Part shown: positions 10,615 to 19,865 of the stretch, piece by piece
Numbering within the stretch: position 1 is the first letter of the stretch
Layout of the letters: each line of letters opens with the position of its first letter
Assembly (NCBI GenBank): GCA_963833515.1
Contig: CAWHYN010000024.1
Coordinates: 114,759-178,758 of the forward strand
Source: an uncultured beta proteobacterium
GTDB taxonomy: Bacteria; Pseudomonadota; Gammaproteobacteria; Burkholderiales; Gallionellaceae
Length of the DNA stretch: 64,000 nucleotides
Direction of reading: 5' to 3'
Position numbers and translations under genes: made by a program
The notes under the pieces: model-generated
The model's input: the letters and a program-made list of their open reading frames with translations, nothing else
Told to the model about the DNA's origin: nothing
The model's database searches: none

Positions 10615-11027
10615 TTGAACTGCCGGCGCGATCTGGCGTGCTGGGCGATCACGCTCTGGACGGTGGCAGCTCCAATACAGAGATTCCGTTCTTCGCGGAT
10701 GCCGCGCAATTCCTTATTGAGACCGAACTCGCTTGTTTTGAGGTTGACGTAACCTACTCCAGGAATCGGAACCCACGAGTAGTCACGGGTGATCTCATTG
10801 GCTGCATTCCAAACCTGGTTCACCTCAAGTGCCATTCCGGACAGCACGTTCGCGTGCTTGTCCTTGACGCGTACTCGAGGGGTTTTGGTGTGCGAACTCA
10901 TGTGCCGATTGTAGAAGGACGTTCGTTCTGTTCAAGTTCACATCGTTGCCATTCAATCAAGCAGCATGCCTGCGGCATCCGAGCCTTATATCCTCGCCCT
11001 GAACGGCAGGGACTTACGGCGCAACAG
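10615..11027 (-). mobile_element. tnpB: Truncated tnpB-only IS200/IS605 element (left end plus 5' part of tnpB)
   Basis: Colinear with 48649..49060 (413 versus 412 bp). Left end CTGTTGCGCCGTAA..GCCGTTCAGGGCGAGGATATAAGG. Homology stops at or just beyond an internal TCAA. Confidence 0.9.
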
Positions 11028-11367
11028 ATGAGGAGAATGTGGGCGATATATATATTGCTCTCTGTGGGCGGCGCACACCGTATTGGAAAGCAATAGGCGA
11101 AGCCGTCCATCGTTGCCAGGGATAGGGAAAAGATCATCGGGTCAATCCGTTCGAAATGCTCACGCGTGGTGTTGACCATGCCGAACCAAAGCCGTACCGT
11201 GTTCACGAGGGCCAGCGCTTGCGCAACCCTCATCCTTGAAATCATGCACGATGTATCTCAGGACGAGAGCGCTCGATGGCACGATTCATGTGGTTCGAGA
11301 TCGAGCCAAGCATCGTGAAATCGCCCCCGTCTGGTCAATCGGAGCATCAATAGACTTGGCTCAGATG

Positions 11368-12537
11368 TTAGGGGTGTTTTGCGGCTAATCGCCACAGCGA
11401 CGTGACCTCTGCAGCACGCGCTGCATGCAGCGGGTCTTTGGTATCGAAGATGCGAGGGTGATGCGGATTCACGTCGATTTTGCCCGAGACCTTCAAGCCT
11501 GCCTCATCTATCGTGGCGAGCAATTCTGCGCGCGTGCGCAAGCACAGGTGTTCGGCAAGATCGGACAGGAGAAGCCAGCCCTCGCCACCGATTTCCAGAT
11601 GCGCAGTCAGCCCATCGATGAAACCTCGCAACATGCGGCTGTCCAGATCAAATACCGCTCGCTCAAGCCGCGAGCTCGGCCTCGCCGGAAGCCACGGCGG
11701 GTTGCACACGATCAGCGCGGCGCGTCCTTCGGGAAAAAGATCGGCTTGCATGACTTCAATCTGTGCACCGAAACCCAGCTCGGTCAGGTTTTCGCGAGCG
11801 CAGGCCAGCGCTCGCGGATCCTGGTCTGTAGCGATGATCCGTTTGATGCCGCGGCGCGCCAGCACAGCGGCCAGCACGCCTGTCCCCGTGCCAATATCGA
11901 AGGCGACAGACCTGGTCGCGGTCAGCCGAGGCAATGGGGCCTCATTTACCAGACCGACGTACTCGCTGCGTATTGGCGCGAAGACACCATAATGTGGGTG
12001 GATGCGCGCATTCAGCGCCGGTATGTAGATTCCATTCTTGCGCCATTCGAATGCCCCGATTACGCCCTGCAGTCCGCGCAGCGAGGCAATGTACGGTTCG
12101 CTGTCTCCACCGTAAGCATCTGTACAAGCCCGGCGAACATCAGGGGCGCGCCGCAGGGGAATGATATGGCCGGCATCAAACGGTATCAGCAACATGCCCA
12201 GGGTGCGGGCGCGCTGCGATTGTGCCAGGCGATACGAATGAAAAGCTTCGGCGCGGTCTGCCGTCATCGTCTTGCCTTTGCGTTCGCGCGGCTTCTCATT
12301 TGCGCGCCGCGTCATTGCCTGCAGCAATTGGCGCGCGTTCTGAAAATCGCCGTGCCAAAGCAGCGCGGTGCCCTGACAGGCCAAATGGTATGCCTTGTCG
12401 GCACTCATGCGATCATCGGCAGTCACCACGTCTCTGGGCGGGGACGTGCCGCTCTCCGAGCGCCATCTTGCGGTCCTTTCTTCGCCGCCCTCATTCCAGC
12501 GGATAAAGGGCCAATCATCGATAGAAGGGTCACTCAT
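11368..12537 (-). CDS. Class I SAM-dependent methyltransferase (MTS/HemK-like)
   Basis: AFDIGTGTGVLA motif I and CNPPW motif IV. Confidence 0.85.
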   Translation of the reverse strand: MSDPSIDDWPFIRWNEGGEERTARWRSESGTSPPRDVVTADDRMSADKAYHLACQGTALLWHGDFQNARQLLQAMTRRANEKPRERKGKTMTADRAEAFHSYRLAQSQRARTLGMLLIPFDAGHIIPLRRAPDVRRACTDAYGGDSEPYIASLRGLQGVIGAFEWRKNGIYIPALNARIHPHYGVFAPIRSEYVGLVNEAPLPRLTATRSVAFDIGTGTGVLAAVLARRGIKRIIATDQDPRALACARENLTELGFGAQIEVMQADLFPEGRAALIVCNPPWLPARPSSRLERAVFDLDSRMLRGFIDGLTAHLEIGGEGWLLLSDLAEHLCLRTRAELLATIDEAGLKVSGKIDVNPHHPRIFDTKDPLHAARAAEVTSLWRLAAKHP

Positions 12538-12756
12538 CGCATCGTAAAAACACTGTCAAGGAAACGGGTCGGAGTTATTGCGTGATCAATGATAATTTTT
12601 TCCCGCTGGTGCATCGACATGAAGTTGCAAGCATAAATGGTATAATTTTACTAATGGTTCATCGTTTCATAAAGGTCGATCGGCTAGATCAGGGGGTTGT
12701 GTCAGCGGCAAGGCCAGTTGGCGCGTTAAGCGAATCTATATCAAGAAAGGAACACC

Positions 12757-13161
12757 ATGAAACTACTTCACACATCAGCATTTGCATCCCTTTTGCTCGG
12801 CAGCCTGACTGCCTACGCCGGACAGCCCATTATAAACCTGACGGTGGGCGGTGAAATCAGCCCAGGCGTCTACGGTCAAGTACAGTTCGGCAACGCACCG
12901 CCCCCGCCGGTTGTGTATGCCCAACCGACAATCATTGCCCCCCAACCCCCGAACGTCATAGTAGAGCCAATGTATTTGCATGTGCCACCCGGCCACGCAA
13001 GAAACTGGGCTAGGTATTGCCACAGGTACAACGCCTGCAACCGGCCCGTGTACTTTGTGAAATCCAGGGAATATGAGCCAGGTTATCGGGCGCACAGAGA
13101 CGAAGGCCGCAGGGAAGAGCACAGAGACGAGGGTCGCAGGGGCGACGAACGCAGGGATTAG
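12757..13161 (+). CDS. Secreted proline-rich conserved hypothetical protein
   Basis: Signal peptide ending TAYA, then LHVPPGHARNWARYCHRYNAC and a C-terminal HRDEGRR duplication; RBS AAGGAA. Confidence 0.75.
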   Translation: MKLLHTSAFASLLLGSLTAYAGQPIINLTVGGEISPGVYGQVQFGNAPPPPVVYAQPTIIAPQPPNVIVEPMYLHVPPGHARNWARYCHRYNACNRPVYFVKSREYEPGYRAHRDEGRREEHRDEGRRGDERRD

Positions 13162-13309
13162 CTAACATAGGTGAGCTGTCGCCTCACCAATCCGGATCGA
13201 CGGCCAGATGACATGGCGGCAAAGAGAGCAGACATAACGGTGTCGTCCAAAGCTGTTGCTGAAGCACTTTGGCCTCAGCAACAGCTTCGTGCAGAGGCTG
13301 CATGTCCAC

Positions 13310-13981
13310 CTATTTTTGAGGATTCTTTTTGTTCTTGGTGCATGAAACCGAGGCAATATTGAGAGTCTCTCTGTCAAAAGCGGCGTTGATGGATTTGATC
13401 GTGCATGTCAGGTTCGCTGGCGACGTCTTGATGGCAACGCTATAGTCGCTGCCATCCGGCAGGCGGACAGCCGGGAAGATGAACTTGCCGTTTTTTGCAA
13501 TCGCCAGGTCATTTGCCCCATTGAGCTGAAGCACCAGTCCTTTTCCGGAGACGCCGGAGACCGTGCCCCCGACTGCGAAACTGTAGGTTGTGCAGGTGAC
13601 AGCAACATTATTGATGGGTGCGCCGGTGATGCTGCCACTACCCTGACTGACCGTACAAGTTTGTTTGATAGGCGAGGAAGGTGATGCTTTTACGGTGACC
13701 TCGTAGGCACTGCCTTTGGCTAGCGCTTTAGGGAAACTGAATTTCCCATTGGCGCCAACTGCCAAATCGTTCGCTCCGTTGAGTTGAAGTATCAGTCCGC
13801 TCCCCGACAGCCCAGACGCGGAACCTCCAACGGTGAGACGTGGGGCCGCTGGTTGTGGAGGCGCGGAAGGTTTGGCTACCGGCGCCGCCTTCTCGCTCTC
13901 GCTCTCGCTACAGCCAGCCAATCCAGCAATCACAGTCACTATCAACAATTCAGCGCGCAGCGCCTGAGTCAACTTTGCCAT
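13310..13981 (-). CDS. Predicted lipoprotein with two tandem ~80-aa beta-rich repeats
   Basis: Lipobox LAGC; repeats LTVGGSASGLSGSGLILQLNGANDL...VAVTC and FAVGGTVSGVSGKGLVLQLNGANDL...ASVSC. Confidence 0.8.
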   Translation of the reverse strand: MAKLTQALRAELLIVTVIAGLAGCSESESEKAAPVAKPSAPPQPAAPRLTVGGSASGLSGSGLILQLNGANDLAVGANGKFSFPKALAKGSAYEVTVKASPSSPIKQTCTVSQGSGSITGAPINNVAVTCTTYSFAVGGTVSGVSGKGLVLQLNGANDLAIAKNGKFIFPAVRLPDGSDYSVAIKTSPANLTCTIKSINAAFDRETLNIASVSCTKNKKNPQK

Positions 13982-14075
13982 CTCCCGCTCCTTAGTCGTT
14001 CATTTCACCAAATGCCAATTGATAATTGCCCTTCCCAATGCTCGTTGCGCACCTCCTTGCGAGGCCGGTCACGCA

Positions 14076-14900
14076 CTAAAAATAGAAACGCACTTCAAAG
14101 TCAGCCGCGACTGAACTCATGCCGATGCATACGGCGTTGTCGGGGGCTTCACCGTTTATCGCGCGCGGCGGATCCAGCGTGACTTTCATGCCGCGCACGC
14201 TGAGTTTAGCGCAGCCATTACCCGAGATGATGTTCAACAGTTCGTTCATGGCGTCCAGTGCCAATTCGTTCACTATCCCGCAGTCGATTCGCAAAAAGTG
14301 GTGGCACAGCAGCCGAACCATGCTTTCCGGCAGCGCCAGCACATAGTCAAACTGCTGCTCACCTTTGATCCGTTGGGCAAATGTGTAAGGGTATTGCGCC
14401 GCAGTATGGCTGACCGAGGTTATTTTGACTTGCTCCTTGGCTACACGTAACAAGATCTTCAGCGTCATGTCGAGGAAATCCTCGATCACGTCGTGCCCCG
14501 CCAGCGAACGGAGATCCACAGTCACAAGCTCAGCATTTCGTTGCTGCTCTTGCTTGAACAGCGCGAGTTCAGCCTCGAACTTTTCGCGGCTGATATGTCC
14601 TTGCTGGATCAAGATTTCACCGAGGAATAGCCGCTGTTCCTTTTGTGCCCGCAACAAATCATCTACTTGTTGTGCATTCAACAAACTTCGAGCAACCGCG
14701 ATTTCGCCGAACCGCTTGTCGGTCCGCTGCTGTTCAAGATTGATGGCGTCTGCCTGCGCTAGCGTAAGCAGCCCCTTAGCAACGGCAAGTCCCCCCAATG
14801 TGGGATTGACGCGGGTCTGATGCTCAGTTGCGGCAAGCAGCGCGTCTCGCGTAATCAGGCCCTTTTCCAGCAGGAACTGGCCAATGAATTTTGCCGTCAT
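14076..14900 (-). CDS. CheX-family phosphatase with N-terminal MshEN-like repeats
   Basis: Four GxxLxxxGL(I/L)-type repeats at the N-terminus; C-terminal AMNELLNIISGN carries the CheC/CheX ExxN motif. Confidence 0.75.
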   Translation of the reverse strand: MTAKFIGQFLLEKGLITRDALLAATEHQTRVNPTLGGLAVAKGLLTLAQADAINLEQQRTDKRFGEIAVARSLLNAQQVDDLLRAQKEQRLFLGEILIQQGHISREKFEAELALFKQEQQRNAELVTVDLRSLAGHDVIEDFLDMTLKILLRVAKEQVKITSVSHTAAQYPYTFAQRIKGEQQFDYVLALPESMVRLLCHHFLRIDCGIVNELALDAMNELLNIISGNGCAKLSVRGMKVTLDPPRAINGEAPDNAVCIGMSSVAADFEVRFYF

Positions 14901-14901
14901 A

Positions 14902-15285
14902 TTATTTCCTTAAGAATGAATTAGCGGTGTTGCGCAAAACTGTCAGCAGCGCTTCCTGCTCTATCGGCTTTTGCAAAAAATTCTTTGCCCCGGCCTTGAG
15001 CGCATCCTGCAGTGCATCCTCGGTGCCCATGGAACTGGCCATTATTACTACGGCATTCTTATCAAGAGCGATAATGTGCCCGAGTGCCTCCACTCCGCTA
15101 ATCCCCGGCATGACAATGTCCATCAGTACTAGATCCGGAGCATTGCTCTTGAAGGATTGCACCGCTTCATTGCCGTCCTTGGCCTCCGCCACCACATCGA
15201 ATTCTGAGCCCGCCAGAGAGGCCTTTATTAGCATGCGCATTGCCGCTGAATCATCCACAACTAGAACCTTGTATTTCTTGGACAT
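14902..15285 (-). CDS. Single-domain CheY-like response regulator
   Basis: VLVVDDS, LVLMDIVMPG, FLQKP; 127 aa. Confidence 0.92.
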   Translation of the reverse strand: MSKKYKVLVVDDSAAMRMLIKASLAGSEFDVVAEAKDGNEAVQSFKSNAPDLVLMDIVMPGISGVEALGHIIALDKNAVVIMASSMGTEDALQDALKAGAKNFLQKPIEQEALLTVLRNTANSFLRK

Positions 15286-15694
15286 GGACCCCCCCTTGTT
15301 GAATATTGACAGCGGCTAGGAACGAAATAGAGCCAACTCGGAATTGTTTAACCACAGACTTGCTCTGCCCCTCCGGCCTTTTGAAGAAGTGTATACGATT
15401 TTTGTTTGTTATGAATATTTTTCCGCGAAGCACGTTGCAGCACAATGACGTCGAAATCAGGACAAATGAGGGACGTTTGCGAAGGTGCGGCGCCGCCGAC
15501 GCCGGGACCATCCATCTATGCGTGCATCGGTATGGTATTACGATGTGTTCATTTTCCTTCTGACTTAAGGGTAAACTCCGTGCACCCTGGCAATTTGGAT
15601 GAAAGTGCAGGATCGGGAATTATTTGCATCTCTATCGAATATCAATGACCCGCGCTGAACACGGGGCGGACTGCGCTACATTGAAAAGGTTACT

Positions 15695-16498
15695 TTGATG
15701 GAAAAGAAAAAGTTAAGGATGATTCATAATATGGCGCGCTCCGGGAGCACGCTCATATGCAAATGTCTCGGCTGCATGGAAGGTGTCGTGCTGCTTAGCG
15801 AGCTTCACCCGCTTGCTTCGAGCCTCTTTGATCCCCTCAAACAGGCGGCAGAGTGGTTCGGCTTGCTGAGCCAAAGGGATCTTGCCGACCTTCAGAAGCA
15901 GGGTGCCACAACTTTTTCCAATGCAATCGCGCTCATCGAACAACGCTGCTCAGCGCGTGGGAGTACCCTGGTTCTTCGCGACTGGGGACATCTCGATTAC
16001 ACCGGTTATCCATTCGTGACTGCCCCCGCCTATGGTCCGCTGCTCTATACGGAATTGGCTGATGGCTTTGAGATAATTCGCATTTCGACGACCCGCGATC
16101 CCGTTGCCCAGTGGCAGAGCCTGGTACAGCTGGCTGTAATGCAGGAACCGCTCCGGTCCGGAGCATTCGGCCTTGATCAATTTCTTGCCGGCTACCACAA
16201 ATATGCCGAATTGTGCGTGGAAACGGGTTTTATCCGTTACGAAGATTTTCTTCGAAAGCCTGATCTGGCGATGCGTAGACTTTGCGGGCACCTGGAGATC
16301 AAATTCGATCCGGGGTTCGTCAAAAAGTGGCACAACTACAAAACGATCACCGGGGATATCAACAACCCGCGCAGTTCTGACAAGATCAAGATGCCCCCCA
16401 AGCGGCCGCTGGAACCGGGCCTAAGGAAAGCATTTTTGGCTAACGCCGATTATCACCGTGCGTGCGAGTTACTTGGTTACGCCGTTCTTGAAAAATAG
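15695..16498 (+). CDS. Sulfotransferase-family protein
   Basis: PAPS-binding-like HNMARSGSTL, TRDPVAQWQS, IRYEDF. Confidence 0.75.
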   Translation: MMEKKKLRMIHNMARSGSTLICKCLGCMEGVVLLSELHPLASSLFDPLKQAAEWFGLLSQRDLADLQKQGATTFSNAIALIEQRCSARGSTLVLRDWGHLDYTGYPFVTAPAYGPLLYTELADGFEIIRISTTRDPVAQWQSLVQLAVMQEPLRSGAFGLDQFLAGYHKYAELCVETGFIRYEDFLRKPDLAMRRLCGHLEIKFDPGFVKKWHNYKTITGDINNPRSSDKIKMPPKRPLEPGLRKAFLANADYHRACELLGYAVLEK

Positions 16499-16538
16499 CG
16501 CCGCGGCAGTTACTCCTCAGCAATTCAAGCACCACTGT

Positions 16539-17795
16539 TCATCGCGGCCCCGCGCTAGTGCTTTTGCGCGATGAATATAGCAGCGCCATGGCGTTGAAGA
16601 CTAGGTAAGCGAGATAGCTGACAAAATAGAGCAGGGCCGTCCGTTCCAGCGTCATCCCATCTGCAAACAGCCACAGCAGCAGCGCGTAAAGCGGGAGCGA
16701 CAATATCTCTCCCGCCATGATCATTCCTGTGCGGTGAGCAGAAAAGAGACCGAACAGCAACACCCAGGAGGCAATTCGGATCAAGCTTCCCAGCATCACC
16801 AGCGCAGCGGTTTCATCGCTGACCACGAAGCGTGTGTCATACAGAGTCGCCAGCATGAAGCGCTGGTTGAAGAAGATCAGCAGCAGCAAACACGCCGCCG
16901 GAATCAACACCATCAAACCGGCACGCATAATTTCCCGTTTGAATCGCGTTGAACCGTAAGTGGCGCTAAAACGCGGCAGAAAGATCAATGACAGCACTCC
17001 TGCCGCAGTAGCCGTCACCCACTCGGTGGAACGCCACAACGCCTGCAGGAATCCCACATCGCTCCATGAAAGCGTGCCGGACAATGTGCTTCGCACGAGC
17101 AGCATCGAAACGGGACTCATGATGCCGATTGCCAGTCCCACCGGCACGAACTTCACCAGTTTGCGGAAATATTCCGCACCGTTCTCCTGCCCGTCGTCAA
17201 CTCGCGACACCGTTTGCAAATGGCGCCAAATCATAGTACTGATGATCGCCAGCATGAAGCTTTGCACCCACATCAGGCCGCGCAAATGCAGCCCGAACCA
17301 TGCACTTGTAGCCACCAGCAGCAATATCATGCTGGTCAGGACTGCCAGGCCCAACATCCGTTGCTGCTGATGCTTTCCCAACCAGTAAGCGTTAAGTGTG
17401 GCGGGGACGACCGATACGCAGCCAGTCAATGCTGCGAGCAAAAACAAATCCGCTTCGATTTTCTTCTGCGTGAGCCAAACCGCCAGTTCAGGTGAGGCGA
17501 GTGCGACAATCAGGGCCATGGACAGCGATGTGCCCAAACCCAACTTGAGTGCGCCACGCAGCAGCCTGCGCTCGTCGCGCGGATCGCTCGCTTGGGCAAT
17601 CAGCACTGTCAGTCCCTGCAGCACACCCGCCAAGGCAACGGCGCTGACCAATTCAACCACCGACTGCAGTTGCGCCCAGAGCCCGACCATCGCGGGGCCC
17701 CCGGCCAACGCCAGCACTTTGTCCAATCCCGCCCTGCCCAAGAGATCTATCAGGATGATGGAAAACGCAGCGATTACGCTTTGAATGGAAGTCAA
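16539..17795 (-). CDS. Wzx/WzxE-like oligosaccharide flippase
   Basis: About 12 hydrophobic segments; KVLALAGGPAMVGLWAQLQS, VRSTLSGTLSWSDVGFLQALWR, YFLPRF-like IFLPRFS. Confidence 0.75.
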   Translation of the reverse strand: MTSIQSVIAAFSIILIDLLGRAGLDKVLALAGGPAMVGLWAQLQSVVELVSAVALAGVLQGLTVLIAQASDPRDERRLLRGALKLGLGTSLSMALIVALASPELAVWLTQKKIEADLFLLAALTGCVSVVPATLNAYWLGKHQQQRMLGLAVLTSMILLLVATSAWFGLHLRGLMWVQSFMLAIISTMIWRHLQTVSRVDDGQENGAEYFRKLVKFVPVGLAIGIMSPVSMLLVRSTLSGTLSWSDVGFLQALWRSTEWVTATAAGVLSLIFLPRFSATYGSTRFKREIMRAGLMVLIPAACLLLLIFFNQRFMLATLYDTRFVVSDETAALVMLGSLIRIASWVLLFGLFSAHRTGMIMAGEILSLPLYALLLWLFADGMTLERTALLYFVSYLAYLVFNAMALLYSSRKSTSAGPR

Positions 17796-17910
17796 CGCTA
17801 CCTCTTGGTGTGCGGGTTTCGATCAACTAGCAAAGGCAGTCCTCAATTCTTGGCACAAAAAGACAAGGCCAGCTTAACGCTGGCCTTGTCTTTTGTCACT
17901 TCAGGCGTAA

Positions 17911-18423
17911 CTACATCGATTCCACGGCCTTTTTCGGTTCGATCCTTTTAATGCCATGCAGCAAGGGCATCGCATCAAAGTATTCCTGACGCGTCACCTT
18001 GCCATCCTTGTTGGCATCCACTTCATCAAAGTACTGCGATAGCATCGGCATAGCCTTTGCCTCTTCGCGATCCAAAGCGCCATCATGGTTGGTGTCGGCT
18101 GCATCGAAGCGCTCATCAAGGTGCGTCCTGCCATCTGCATGCCCGATCTGCCGCGTCTGTTCACCTTGCAGTTCATCCAGCGTGAGCTTCCCGTCCTTAT
18201 TGGTATCCAGCTCCTTAAAGTGTTTGTCATTGTAGGCATTGAACTCTTCTCTTGAGATCACACCGTCGCCATTGGTATCCAACTTCTTGAACATCATTTC
18301 ATCCATGCGCCCATAATGCTGGTTGGGCATATGCTTATCGCACGTGTCGCCTTCAGCGTGAACTGGATTGATGCCCATCATAATGCTGGAGACGACAGCC
18401 AAACAACCGATGGCTTTCTTCAT
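17911..18423 (-). CDS. Secreted EF-hand calcium-binding protein
   Basis: Signal peptide plus four loops: DTNGDGVISREE, DTNKDGKLTLDE, DTNHDGALDREE, DANKDGKVTRQE. Confidence 0.9.
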   Translation of the reverse strand: MKKAIGCLAVVSSIMMGINPVHAEGDTCDKHMPNQHYGRMDEMMFKKLDTNGDGVISREEFNAYNDKHFKELDTNKDGKLTLDELQGEQTRQIGHADGRTHLDERFDAADTNHDGALDREEAKAMPMLSQYFDEVDANKDGKVTRQEYFDAMPLLHGIKRIEPKKAVESM

Positions 18424-18575
18424 ATATGAATCCTTTCTCGAGACTGGTTTTGTCGCTGTTTATCAAACTCTATCACGTTGACAGGTGCCTGCGAAGTGAA
18501 GCAACACGACCAGAAGGGGCTTTATGCCCGGGTTTGAGCTCCGGCCTTTGATATTTCGATCTGACGCCAAGCAGA

Positions 18576-19448
18576 CTACCGGCTTGGCGGTTGCGTTGCC
18601 ACATCGCGCATTCCGGGCTTCTCCAAACTGATACGGCCCAGTTTTCCGCTGCGGTAATCCGTTAGCAATATCATCGACGCTTTTTCCAGGTCCGGTTCCC
18701 CGCCCCGGCCTTTAAGCAGGCAACCGCGCTTTTCCGCTATCCCCTCGATCACGCCGGCGCCGTCCATGTGATCCTCCGCAAGGCCATAGCGCGCGGAAAG
18801 CAGTCCCGGATAGAACATGAGCAGCGTCTTGGCAAGATATTCCGCGACTTCCTCATCGATGGTGGCATTACGTCCAATGGCATGAATCGCGGCAAGTTTT
18901 AAGCCATCTTCCGGGTTTTCGATCTTCGGCCACAACAGGCCGGGCGAATCAGTTACCGCCATGCGGTCATTGATATTGTGGCTCTGCTGTGATTTCGTAA
19001 TGGCAGGTTCGTCGCCAACATTGGCAACGCGACGTTTGAGAAGCATATTCATCAACGTGGACTTGCCGACATTGGGGATGCCCATGATCATCATGCGCAG
19101 CGGCTTATGCGTGCTGTTGCGGTGCGGAGCAAGCGTCTGGCAAAGCTTCGGTATCTTTGCGGCGTCGCTCGCGCTCTTGCAACTCAGCGCCACGGCTTTG
19201 ACACCTTCCTGCTTATTGTAGAAATCCAGCCATGCCTGCGTAATGACCGGATCGGCAAGATCGGCCTTGTTGAGTATCTTCAGGCAAGGCCGTTGGCGGT
19301 GTTCGCGCAACTCCTTGATTATAGGATTACAACTCGCCTCGGGAAGGCGCGCATCCAACAACTCGATAACAACATCGATGAACTCCATCGCCTCTGCGGC
19401 TTTTCTCCGCGCGGAGGCCATGTGACCGGGGAACCACTGTATTGACAT
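18576..19448 (-). CDS. ylqF: Ribosome biogenesis GTPase YlqF/RbgA
   Basis: MSIQWFPGHM start, LNKADL, GIPNVGKST, DSPG. Confidence 0.95.
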   Translation of the reverse strand: MSIQWFPGHMASARRKAAEAMEFIDVVIELLDARLPEASCNPIIKELREHRQRPCLKILNKADLADPVITQAWLDFYNKQEGVKAVALSCKSASDAAKIPKLCQTLAPHRNSTHKPLRMMIMGIPNVGKSTLMNMLLKRRVANVGDEPAITKSQQSHNINDRMAVTDSPGLLWPKIENPEDGLKLAAIHAIGRNATIDEEVAEYLAKTLLMFYPGLLSARYGLAEDHMDGAGVIEGIAEKRGCLLKGRGGEPDLEKASMILLTDYRSGKLGRISLEKPGMRDVATQPPSR

Positions 19449-19865
19449 TTGTTGAGCGCAAGCGAGGAAAAACGCGATTTTACCCTCTGCCGTTTGCCAA
19501 ATCATGTTTGCGTGCACTTAATTTGCGGACAGTGGTCTCTTTTGTGGTGGAGAAGGCCTCCAGGATCAACGTATGCTTGATTCTGCAATCGACGGTGCTT
19601 CACTTAAGCTTGGTCCCTGCAGGCCGCTTCGTCAGACTGATACGAACTGCAAGGTTGTCCTGGCCAATCTTGGCACCACTTAAATTGCGCTTGTAAGCCG
19701 CTTACGATGCGCCAGGTATATGGCTTGGCGCTTCACAGAACCAAGCCCGCCGAGCCTAGCCAATTGCCTCCCTTTGGTGCAATATGCATTGCTAGTGCAT
19801 AAAGCGAAATTGAGCCCGTTGGCCACACGTCGGGAAATCAATGGTGATTAAGGAGTGGTGACACG

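Noticed and set aside
10533-11245. Removing the IS remnant restores an open frame, suggesting an interrupted gene
   Set aside because: Several frames on both strands are open over this short junction and none resembles a known protein, so it is not evidence.
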